From the NCBI RefSeq assembly GCF_009914755.1, contig NC_060925.1: DNA of 64,000 bases; one strand, given 5' to 3'. The stretch comes from the human T2T-CHM13v2.0 reference genome, Homo sapiens. A program made the translations under genes and the position numbers. Under the pieces are notes generated by a model. That model made no database searches, was not told the origin of the DNA, and was given only the letters and a program-made list of their open reading frames with translations. How positions within the stretch are numbered: position 1 is the stretch's first letter; every line of letters begins with the position of its first letter. Below, piece after piece: positions 53,251-64,000 of this stretch.

Positions 53251-53949
53251 ATTCTAAAGTAATTTATAAGTAATTAAAATTAATTGGCAGATTTAGCAAA
53301 CAATTGTATTTCTATATATCCAATAGAACATAAAATGTAAAATATATAATTTATAACAGAACCAAAAGTATCAAATAATTAAAAATAAATTTCAAAGGAG
53401 ATTTATAAGATCTATAAACAGAAAACTATGAAACAGTATTCAAAGAAAGGACCTACATCAATGGAAGAGTATACCATATTCATGGATTAGGAGACTCAAT
53501 ATTGTAAAAACCATCCATTCTCCATAAATTAGTCTGCAATCTAAATCCAAATCTCAGCAGGCTTTTTTTGTTGTTGGAAATAGACAAGTTAATTTTAAAA
53601 GTTTTTATAAAAAAATGCAAGGTTCAAGAATAGACAAGATGATCTTGAAGAAGAGAAAAGTTAAAGAACTTAACACACAATAAATCAAGACTTATTATAA
53701 ATTAATCAAGACAGTGTGGTATTAATGTAAGGAAAGAAAAATAGACCAATGGAATATATTCCACATATGGTACACCTGTTTGTGACTGAGGTTTTCATCC
53801 ATTGCACAGCCATAAGTGACATAAGGGCATCTAATGAGTGGCCTTTGACTTTGTCATGGGATCAGTAATGCTTCCTTGATGAAATGATGATAGACCTGAG
53901 ACCTGAATTTAAAACAGAGCATGTGCAAAGATCCTGTGGTTGTAGGAAA

Positions 53950-54164
53950 CCACCTCCCAGGTTCAAATGATTCTCCTGCTTCAGCCTCCCGAGTAGCTGG
54001 GACTACAGGCACCCGCCACCATGCCTGGCTTATTTTTTGTATTTTTAGTAGAGATGGGGTTTCACCATGTTGGCCAGGATGGTCTCGATCTCCTGACCTT
54101 GTGATCCACCCGCCTCATCCTCCCAAAGTGCAGGGATTACAGGCGTGAGCCACTGCGCCCGACC
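53950..54164 (-). mobile_element. AluSc/Sx3-like element lacking its 3' end and poly-A tail
   Basis: Starts abruptly at ccacctcccaggttcaa; runs to aggcgtgagccactgcgcccgacc. Confidence 0.92.
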
Positions 54165-54742
54165 CAGCAGGTGACTTTTTAGAGACATTCAGGGGTTCCC
54201 TGGCTAGTGCAAAAGGCACAGAGACCCTTCCACCACCATGTTCTGTGCTACCTTCTCCCCTCACTTTCTCAATGGAGCATTTCTTCCTGAAGTCCCCAGC
54301 CTGCCCCTCCAGGATACAAAGCTCACCAAAATTTGGTGGCTCTATCTAGGCTCTTGGCCATCAAGCCAAAAAAAAAAAAAAGTAGCTTCAGTCCTAATGC
54401 CACATACAAGCTGGCCTTAATATCAGAGGGAGATATCTTTCTCTTTAAGCAGAGCAGACTCTTTGGGAATGCATCTCTGGGTGGCAGAGAGAGCCCAGAG
54501 GAGCCAGAAAGGCCAAGGCCTATGAATCCCAGGAAATAAGCTCTGTTGTTCCTGCGGACTCACAGGGAGAGAGGAGAACACTCAGCCTCTTCCTCCCTGA
54601 CAAGTGAACACACTTCACAAAGACTTAATCATGGGTGGAAAGTCCTCACTCCTCCACCTCTTCGGTCATAGGCCACTTTAACTCTCACCTCGACCAGAGA
54701 GACAGTCTTCCCACTGGTCTCTCCAGTTTCACTTTTAGCCCC

Positions 54743-55095
54743 TGTATTAGGCCAGGCTGGGCTGTGCTGACTCAGTGGCTGGCTTGAAGGAACAAAGATT
54801 TCTTTCTGTCCATTGCTGGTCAGGTGCAGCTCTGATCCGTGTCATCCTCACTCTGAAACCAGGGTGGATGGAGCCTCCTTCTAGAACACTACAAGTTGTT
54901 TTGGAAGAGGGGAAGGAGATGTTGCAAAATCATGCAATGCCCTAAAGCTTCTGCCCAAAAGTAGCACATGGCACTTCTACTCAAATTTCATTGGCCACAG
55001 CAAGTCATATGACTAAACCTGATGTCAATGAGGTAAGAAAGCAGGATCCTCCCACAGGGAAGAGAAGCAAATAGCTGAGAACAAACGAAATCATC
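54743..55095 (-). mobile_element. Old MLT1 (I/J/K-type) LTR
   Basis: tgtattaggccagg...aaagcttctgcccaaaagtagcacatggcacttctactcaaatttcattggccacagcaagtcatatgac. Confidence 0.7.
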
Positions 55096-55590
55096 ATGTC
55101 CCCTGCTTCAAACCTCCACTTTTCACTCATGCTTAGGATAAAACCCCAGCTCCTGCCAGGCCTGGCCCTGCCTCCTGCACTCCTCATTCTCAGTTCCTCT
55201 CCTGCTTCCCGCTTGCTCCAGCAGCCTGCCAAATATGCAAGCTGGTTCCCGCCACAGGGCCTTTGTACAGGCTGCTCCTCAGGCCCAGGTCAATGCTTTA
55301 ACCCAACTCTCCCCAGGCCTGCCTTTTCCCATAGTTTAGAGTTCAGCTTAAACGTCACAGAAGAGAGGCTTCCTTGACCATCCCATTATTCTCTCCCATA
55401 TTACTCTGTTTATGCCCTTTCTAACACTAATCAAGCTGGAATTCACTTGTTTCTGTAACAGTTTTATTATGTATTGTGTGTTACACTCACACACCAGAAC
55501 ACAAGCTTCTTAGGAGTGCATGTATCTGTCCTGTTTGCCACGGTACAGCTCTCTCAGCAGGAGCTCAGCAAATGTTGGTGGCACAAATGA
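55096..55590 (+). mobile_element. L2 3' region
   Basis: atcatgtcccctgcttcaaacctcc...cagggcctttgtacaggctg...ttcagcttaaacgtcac...gctcagcaaatgttgg. Confidence 0.7.
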
Positions 55591-56059
55591 AAGAATTGGG
55601 TTGAGACAGGAGGAGCCAAGCCTGGTCCCGAGAGCCCAGTGCATTTCAGCATCATGAACCCTTCCCACACCCAGGTGGCATTGCAGGGTGTGCAGTGTGG
55701 AGCCCAAGCCTCCCTGTCCTTGCCCACCCACGTCACTTCACTCACAACCAGAAGGTACATTATGTGCTGGCAAAAAAACTACAAGCAGATGTGATCATTT
55801 TATCAGATGGCCACTCTGGACTGGGAGCTGTGGTCTGCATCCTAACCACAGTGCCTGGAAGCCTGTGAGGTGGGTGTCATGATCCTGATTTACAGGTAGG
55901 GGAACAGGTTCAGAGCAGTTGGCAGATTTGCCTACCCTGGCTGTGAGGCTCTCAGCCAGAAAAACTGGAATTTTTGAACCTGAGACTGGTTCTAAGCAAT
56001 GCCTGGGTGGATCTTCTGTGCCACCTGACAGTTTTGGAAGCAGGGGCTGTCTGCATAGC

Positions 56060-56521
56060 TGTGGGACACAGAATAATGGCCTCCAAAGAGCCCCATGTCT
56101 TGATCCCCGAAACCTGTGAATACATTACTTCCATGGCAAAAGGACTTCACACATGTGAGTGAGTTGAGGCCCAAGATAGGCAGAGAATCCTGGGTTATTC
56201 CTTGAGATACATGGGGCCCGCCTGGATGAGGGAGGCAGGTGTACGGAGTCAGCGAGAACAGGAGACACTAGGCTGGTGGCCTTAGGTACAGAGGAATGAG
56301 GTCATGAGCCAAGAAAGATGGGTGGCCTCTGGAAGCTGGAGAAAGCAAGGACACAGATTCTCCTCCAGAGCCTGCAGAGGGAATATGGCCCTGCTGGTCC
56401 CTGGATTTTAGTTCAGTGACACTTCTGACCTACAGACCTAGACAATAAGAGATTCGCACCGTTCGAAGACAGTAAGCCAGTGGTGACTTGTTTTGTTACG
56501 GCAGCGGTAGGAGAGTATACA
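56060..56521 (+). mobile_element. MLT1D-type MaLR solo LTR
   Basis: tgtgggacacagaataatggcctccaaagag...gaaacctgtgaatacattacttccatggcaaaaggac...ggaagctggagaaagcaaggacacagattctcctccagagcc. Confidence 0.85.
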
Positions 56522-58079
56522 ACCCCTCATTGTACTGGGGATGTATCCTGTCTCCCTAGTATCCGCAATTGAACCGCGGGTTCCCTGATCACAGGCACCC
56601 AGCAAACGGTGACGTGGCACACACAGGCATTTAATAATGACTCAGGGGCTGCGCTTCAACGGCAGGGGCGAGAGGGATTCAGTGAATCCAAGAGGAGGAA
56701 GCTTGAGAGGACATGTGGGTGAAACCAGACAAATAAGGTGGAGGGAGCAGGATGCTGGCTGGAGAGGCCCCCCAACACCCGCCCCTGCAGCACTGCAGAG
56801 AACCCAAACCCACTGCTGGAAGGAGCCCCCAGCTCGGCCAATGGCTCCCATTTTACACACGCAAATGCTGAGACCCAGCGTGAGCAAATGGCTCCACCAA
56901 GGTCACTCAGCAAGCCGGTGGCCAAGACGGGATTCGAAATTCCATCACGTGACTCCTGGCCCATCTTGTTCCCATGCCTGCAGCCAGCCCTGACCCACCT
57001 TAGGTGGTGAAGACCTCCCTCATCGAGGTACGCAGGGGCTGGGGGCCAGGAGCAGGTGGGGGTGGGGGCGTCGTTGAGAATCCAAGCAAGCTCCTCACCC
57101 CAGAGCACCCCTGGATCAGGGAATGTGATGTGACAGGGAATAGAGCCCCGGCTCTAGCGCCAGACCTGCTGAGGTGTGACTTACAGCAAGCTCCTCTCTC
57201 TGAGCCTCAGTTTCCCCATCAAGGGATTGGACTTGATCTGCAGGGCCTTTTCTGGCTCTCGTGTGGCATGCTCTGCCATCAGGCCGGCCGTGCTCTCAGC
57301 CCCTGTCCCTGACACCCCTCTGGGCCCCTGCAACTTCTCAGCCAGCTCAGCTCCTCTCCCAGCTCTGGCCTGCACCAGCGGGGCTACAGTGGCCCAATCC
57401 CCAACCCAGAGCTGACAGACTGGTGTTTCCCACCCTGTCCTGACTTTGCCCCACCCCTCCCTTTTACCTACCAGCACAGTCAACCTTCCAGCCTAGCTTC
57501 CCTGGGGCTTCAGCCCCAAAAATTGGGATTCTCAACCCAGAGGGTAGTGGGTGGGCTCAAATTACTCAATGTCAAGTAGAATCTGGCCACGATGCCTGAG
57601 TCTCTCCTGCCCCCAACTCCCCATCACTGGGCCATCCTTGCCCCCATCTCAGACCCTCTATGACCATCGCCCACCTGGGCCCCAGCATTTGGCTCTTGTT
57701 CCCTACAGCCTGGCCTAGGCTGTCTCCTAAGGCCTCAGAAGACTTCAAGTTCCTCCCAACCCCAACAGCTTGGTATCCTTCAACCACAGAGACTGTCCAG
57801 CTCCCTGAACCTCTCAACTCCCATCCCTGTAGAGAAGCCTACAAAGAAGTGAGTCCTACTTCAAAAATCAATGCACAGAGAGGGTTGGCAACTGCCTGGA
57901 GGTCACACAGCAAAGTCATGGAGCTCCAAAATTCAATGTCTTCACCTGAGACCATTCCTGAGCCCCGCTACCCCTGCCCAGGAACTTCCTCCAACAGCCT
58001 GAAGGACAGGGAGAGCAGCCAGCCCCGCTGACCGATGTCCAAGACCGCAGTGATGCTATTCCTTCCTCGAGTGAGCTCT

Positions 58080-58345
58080 GCCCACCCTGTGCCAGATTTA
58101 GCCATTTAATGCAACCAGACCTGCTCCGTCCCTGCCTCTGAGATTAGCTCTGGACCGGGGCTTTGAATGCCTGCCCAGAGACACTCAGCTTAAAACACCA
58201 GGAACCAAAAAAAAAAAAAAATCGACCACATTTAATGGAGCCGTCAGCGGGCGGGTCTGAATTGTCCATTATGTGACCCTACCCGCCTAGGGAGCCGAGC
58301 CATGTGGCCACCTGACCACAGCATTAAGGCGACATCAGCCCGCAG
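58080..58345. promoter_or_regulatory. Candidate enhancer (homeodomain and RUNX-type motifs, CpG retention)
   Basis: Repeat-free; CATTTAATG twice, GACCACA at 58224 and 58314, several preserved CpGs. Confidence 0.35.
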
Positions 58346-58681
58346 GCCAGGCGGGGGTGGAGCTACCAGAGTCTTTGGCCTGGGGCGCCTGCCTCTCCAT
58401 CCTCAAGGCCCAGGGCCCCAGGGATTCTTGGTGCCACTCAACAGGCAGGAAGGCAGCAGCTCTCATTGGCTAAATCTACCCCTTCTGGTCTCAGGGCCCC
58501 ACTCCTAGATACGCCCTGCGTATGTCTCTATGGCCTGAGACTCCCTCTGTTGCAGAAGTCGAGAGAGCATCAGTGTCTGTCCCTCAAATAGTGCCCTGGC
58601 TAATGCCTGATGTGCCACTATTGTTGCCATTTCCTTTTGCTATTTAAAAATTGCCATTGTTAACATCCAAGTTGCTCTAGA

Positions 58682-58978
58682 CACTATCTCCCAAAATGTG
58701 TTCCAGGAAACATTAATCTCTCAAGATGCATAGAAAACAAAAAGAAGAGGGAGGGCTCCACAGTCAAGCAAGTTTAGGAAGCACTGCAAATGCTAGTCCT
58801 CTTTTGGAGAGTTACAAGTCTAGCAAAGGCTCTGAGGAATCCTGCAATCGAGTTGGAGTTTCTTTAATCCACTCCCCAGACTTACTTCATTACAGAACCC
58901 TCCCCTTATCTTGGCAGAGCATCCATTAATATGCTGAAAGCCTAGTATACCAGGGAAAACCCTTTGGGAAATGACATT
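58682..58978. mobile_element. hAT-Charlie-derived non-autonomous element (MER112-like)
   Basis: Degenerate terminal inverted repeats cactatctcccaaa ... tttgggaaatgac. Confidence 0.5.
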
Positions 58979-59819
58979 TTAGGGGTTTGAGTCCCTCTCC
59001 TTCCCCCAAGCCTCAACTGTGGTCAGAAGCTCCAATTATGAGGCTGGTCAAAGCCAGTGAAGAGAGGAAGGGTGACTCCAGCCTTCAGTGACAGGTGAAT
59101 GTAAGGGTCACAGTCACAGTCTCACCCAGAATTGAGGAAGGGAACATGGATCCATCCACGCCTAGATGCAAGGAGGGCGTCATGCCACATGGTGAGAAGA
59201 GCATGTGGGGTGCCCTCTAGCCCCCATCCCACCCAACTCTGGTAGAGCAGCAACTTAGCCATGGAAGAAAGTTCTAACACCCTTGTTAGAGCTGGCTCTC
59301 AGAAGCCCGAACACTGAAACCTCTGCTCCCTGAAGATTTCTTCTGCAAATTCACAGGCTGCCTAGTGTTCTGGCAGAAGCCCCAAGCAAGACAATGCAGG
59401 CCTGGATTCTGCTCCTGCTTTTCCTAGTGGCCTGCTATGTGACCCACGGAAGGCCTTCAATCTGTCTGTGCTGGTACCCACAGGTCCGAGCCCCAGGGAC
59501 CTCACTGCATGGACACGCATCTTCTGCTGCTCTCCCAGGAATATTGGGCTGATTGTGTGAGGTGTCCTGAGCTCCCACCACCCAAGGTTTATGAAGCACC
59601 TTCTCTGTGTCAGCCCTGTGCAAGGTGCTAGATCCTCAGTTTACCCCCTTCTGCAAAGCCATGATTGTCTTACTGAAGGCCAGTCTGTAGCTCCAGTCGC
59701 TCCAGTCTTCAATGAAGATAAGCAATTTGGTAAACGTGGATCTCCTGTGAGAGAAGAAAGCAACTGGGGCATCAAAGCTCCTTTTAGGTAAATTTTCCAG
59801 GGCCACAGAACTCATGCAG

Positions 59820-60310
59820 AGTGACAGATTGTATTTCCAAAGATGGCCACCACAACAATTTCCAACCCATGTGCTCTTCTCACACTGTGACATGACCTCT
59901 GTTCCCTCCCTGGATCCTGAGACAACGGTGGAAGACACACTACTTGACTTTGGAGGCTAGGTCATAAAAAGCAACACAGCCTTCCCTTGGCCCTGTTGGG
60001 ATGCTCCATTTTAGAACCCAGACACCATGGTATTAGGAAGCCCAGGCCACCTGGAGAGACTGCATGTAACAGGCTGAGCTGAGGTCCAGGAGATGCCAGC
60101 CTCAGACATGAATTTGAGAAAGGCTTCAAAATGACAATGACTCCAGCCCCAGCCGTAATCTGACCACAACTGCAGGAGAAACCTGAGCAAGAACTGACTG
60201 GCTGAGCCCCGCCAACACCCAGAAAAGAGAGATAATAATAAAATGATTGTCATTGCCTTAATTTGCCTGAATGGGGGAGTGATATTTTGTGAGCAGTAGA
60301 CACTAGGAAT
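59820..60310 (+). mobile_element. MLT1H-type MaLR LTR
   Basis: cagattgtatttccaaagatggccacc...tgactttggaggctaggtcataaaaag...aggaagcccaggccac...gatattttgtgagcagtagacac. Confidence 0.7.
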
Positions 60311-60554
60311 ATGTGGCAAGAAGCTTCTTGCAAATCACCTTTGCAGGATTGAGGAGGGCCTGTCACACCCTGGAGTGTCCCTCCCTCTATTCTATCCTTT
60401 GCTGAACCAAAGGATGCACACAGCTCTCTGTAACATGATAACAGTCCACACCAACTGGCTGAAACATTGGAAAGCCCGTGTCCCTATGAGGTCTGGGCTA
60501 CGAGGAGTGCTGTTGGCCTCAGCCCCTACAACTCCTGTTAAAACTTATTTCCTG

Positions 60555-60750
60555 AAAACAGGAAATCTGAATCAAGTATGGACTTCAGTTAATACCAATA
60601 CATCAATGCTGATTAAGTAATCATGACAAATGTACCATACCAAGAGATATTAATAATAAAGGAAACTAGGTGGGGGATATACAGGAACTCTGAACAATCT
60701 TCAGAATAATTCTGTAAATCTAAAACTCTTCTAAAACAAGAAGTTTAGAA
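60555..60750 (+). mobile_element. L1MC/MD 3' terminal fragment
   Basis: gacaaatgtaccatac...gatatacaggaactctg...ttctgtaaatctaaaactcttctaaaac. Confidence 0.75.
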
Positions 60751-62124
60751 AAATCATCGATTTCTGGCTGATTAGAATAATTCCCCATATTGAGGGCATG
60801 TCAGCCTCATGCCAGTGCTTGACATACATCCCTATGATGTCCAAAACATCTTGCCGGTTGGAGATCATGAGCCCTACTCCACAAATGAGGAAATGAAGAC
60901 TCAGAGAGGTTGAGTGCCTTGCTCAAGGCTGCACAGCTGGCATGGGATGGGAAGGGCCATGATTGGAGGCAGATCTCACTGACTTCCCCTCCCCAGGCCA
61001 CCTCTCTCTTCTGGGGAGGCTGAAGCAGGGAAGAGAGTAGCCCATGGAGAGCACCCAGGCCTAGACCCCATCTTGGTTCTGTCCTTCACTGGCTGTGTTT
61101 CTATGGGCAGCTTTCTTTACCTCTCTGAGCCTCAGTTTCCTCATCTGAGAAATGGGATGCAGATGCAGGGTTCCTATGGGGAGTAAAGAATGTACAGGTA
61201 CTGTGTTTCCATCACAAAATGATCCGTGCCTGCATTTCCAGGAGGGTTTCCAGAGTGGATCAGTGACCAGTCTGACATCCTTCCAGCTTCACAGCCTGGG
61301 ATGCTGTGAATCTGTCTCTGTAATTGTTCAATGCCTAGCCAGTGGTCTGGAGTCCAGACAAGGCCAAGGACCACAGAGTGGCCAAACTCAGCCTCTGGGT
61401 GCCCTGAGCAAACCATCCCCACTGCATCCGGATGGAGCCCTCTCCCCAGGCACACAAAGCCTTGGCTAAGCTGCCTCCACTGAAGGCACCTGATGGAGGA
61501 TTCTAGAGGAAAACTCCTTCCCTTCCTCCTTTTCAATTCACTTCCAAATTTACCACCAGAATGCGCTGTCCCTCCCGCTTGCCCCTCAGGGTCCAGTTTC
61601 TACCTTTCTCCACCCCTCTCTGAGCCTGGGAGGCTGACCTACAAGGGCGACATCAATATACCCCACACCCTGAGGCTTCCCATTGGGTTCGGCTGCTGGA
61701 GTCACAGGCAGAGAGAGGAGCTCACAGAGACAGACTCGACATCCCAGACTGGGAAAGCTGGAAGGGCACTTGAGAGCTTGTGTCCACCCCACCAATGAGG
61801 CTTCTGGGGCCCAGAGAGGGAAGGGGGCCCTGCCCAGGGTCACACAGGGAGCAGGTGGCTGGCTAATTCTCAGTCGAGTCAACATTTGTGGGTGGGGAGG
61901 ATGGAGAGGCAGCAAGAAATATGCCACCCTGGGCACCCAGGGAGCTGGAGCTCCAGGAGAGAGAAGCAGGCTGAAGGGCACTTATTCCAGCTCCCTCTGT
62001 ATCTGAAGTCACCCTCCCCAGCCCCTCCATTTGGGATACTCCTCAACAAAGATTCAGACCAAACACTCACCCCTACCCCAACCCCAGGCTGATATCTGTA
62101 GACAAACCTCAGCTATCAGGCAGG

Positions 62125-62310
62125 ACAATGGTGTTGGGTGTCTAACTCTAGAGCTAGTTCAATTCCTGACTCTACTGCAGACCCATTGTATGTGAGCTCC
62201 GGCAAGTGACTTAGCCTTTGGTGCCTCAGTTTCCTCTTCTGTAAAGTGGGGATAACAACAGTGCCTGCCTCATGGGGCTGTGAGGATGACATGAGTTGAG
62301 ACTTATAAAA
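62125..62310 (+). mobile_element. MIR
   Basis: ggcaagtgacttagcctttggtgcctcagtttcctcttctgtaaagtggggataacaacagtgcctgcctcatggggctgtgagg. Confidence 0.8.
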
Positions 62311-62989
62311 TTCCAAAGCTGTGTCTGGTCCTCAGCAAACACCCATTACTCCCAGGACCCATCGTCACCCCTAGGTCACAGCCAAGCTGGAAGGGCTTTG
62401 GGGTGGGCCAGTCCAACCTGCCAGAGCACAGATGGGGAAACAGAGCCCCTCAGCTGGGCCCCTCCCAGCTCCCTGCCCAACCCTGTGCACTTGAGATGTG
62501 CTGGGGAGGGTGGGAAAAGGGGGGGCTCTACTTCCTGTTCCCTCCCCCTGCCTCTTCACTGGGGCCACCTCCAGAGCCAGCCTTAGCGGCTCCTAGAAGT
62601 CCCCACAGCCTAGAGTTTGGCGCTGGAGCCAGATCGCTCTCTGTTCCTGTCTACTTCCTGAGCCAAGAGGCCCACCATCATGCAACAAGTCCATGGCCCA
62701 GGACATGCGGGCATCTATCCAGCATTCATTTACTGAGCACCTACTGTATGCAGATCCTGCAGTGGGCATTGAGGAGACCTCAGAGACTAGAACATGGGTC
62801 AAGGAGACAGACAAGAAAATAGACAGATGTAACCCCCGTGATCAGTGCCAGGATATGGCCTGCGGGTGCTGAGGAAACACCTGGCTCAGCTTGGGGGGCA
62901 GGGGTGAGAGGGGGCTGGTCAGCCTTCCCTGGGCTGGGGGGTGGTATTTGGTGCAAAGACATAAAAGATGTCTTTGAGCTAATCAGATT

Positions 62990-63530
62990 CCTTTATTCTT
63001 TTAGTCAACAAATATTAATTGAGCACATGCTATGAGCCTAGCGCTGGAGATGATGTCAAAATGGCAGTGAACAAAATGGATGAGGTTCCTGGAGACAGTC
63101 AATAAACCCACAAGTAGATGAAACGGCAAGTGTTGATGGGCTCAAGAAGGAAGATGATGCAGGAACAGATGGATGGGAGGGAGAAGGGAGGACAGGCAGG
63201 GGCTGTTTGGGATCAAGTGGTCAGGGTAAGCCTCTGTGGGAAAGAGCACTGGGCGGAGGCCTGAGGGAGTGAGGGAGCGCCATGTGGCATCTGAGGGCAG
63301 GGTGTCCTAGGCAGCGGGAACAGCCAGGCCACAGGCCTGGGAGTGTGCAAGCATGGCCCACAGGAGGCAGTGCAGGGCGTGTGGCACAGCTGGGGTCGAC
63401 GTGTGTGTCAGAGCAAGTGGGGAGGGGAAAACGGGAGGAAGGGCTGAGTGGGAGCAGGATGGGGAGGGGCTTTGGAAGGTAAGAAGACTGGGTTTTCTCC
63501 TGGGGCCAGTGGGAGCTTTGGAAGGGTTTA
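62990..63530 (-). mobile_element. L2 3' region
   Basis: tcaacaaatattaattgagcacatgctatgagcc...cagtgaacaaaatgg...ggagcgccatgtggcatctgagggcagggtgtcctaggcagcgggaacagcc. Confidence 0.8.
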
Positions 63531-64000
63531 GTGAGCACTTGTGCTTCTCTTGCTCATGCCAAACAGCGACCCAGATCTCCTGTCCCACATGGCAGGGGGG
63601 CGTGGGGTAAGGGTGGTCGTCCCTGCCTACCCATCCCCCAATACCACCACACGCTGGTTGTATTCAAACCTCCACCTGGGAAGACCAAGTCTCCCTACCC
63701 CAACCCCCAGCCATGGCCGAATGGTTCCCAGATCCACACAGGACAGAGGCAGGTGCCAGACCACACCAGGGCCAGTGTGTTTGAGGGACACACTCCGAGG
63801 TCTGGGCTGATGATGCCCCCACTCACAGGCCAGAGCACACCTGACAAAGGGAAGGAACCGGGAACCTTGGGTCCTATTCTGACCCTGCCCCCGAGTCCCC
63901 GTGAGCCTGGGGGAGCCCTGTCCCCTCCCTGGATATCAGTTTCCCCATGAGGACACCGCCAGGTCTTCAATGCCACAACCCCACCTTGTCCTTCTGTCTC

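Overview
Primate genomic DNA, probably hominoid given an L1PA2/3-type insertion. It is GC-rich and non-coding, consistent with a gene desert or large intron; I cannot place the locus from sequence alone. I found no host protein-coding exon, RNA gene or CRISPR-like array. The only genuine protein-coding sequence is the disrupted ORF2 of a 5'-truncated ~2.9-kb L1PA3-like LINE-1 (32422-35300). The rest is a layered repeat record: about 11 Alu/FLAM copies (J and S age, no clear AluY), many MIR and L2 fragments, MaLR (MLT1), LTR16/LTR33 and MER52 solo LTRs, old L1M pieces, DNA-transposon fossils and long simple repeats. Between these lie several repeat-free, AT-rich blocks dense in homeodomain motifs that resemble developmental enhancers, and one extended CTCF-like site. 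I see no support for a new gene system. The best second-look signals are: four short perfect fold-back hairpins inside decayed repeats (template-switch-like); a 22-bp microhomology-mediated deletion that frameshifts the L1 ORF2; the enhancer-like motif clusters; several nested-insertion and deletion scars; and a long ORF of unknown significance. Repeat subfamily names come from my recall of consensus sequences, and boundaries of old repeats are approximate; both need RepeatMasker/Dfam confirmation.
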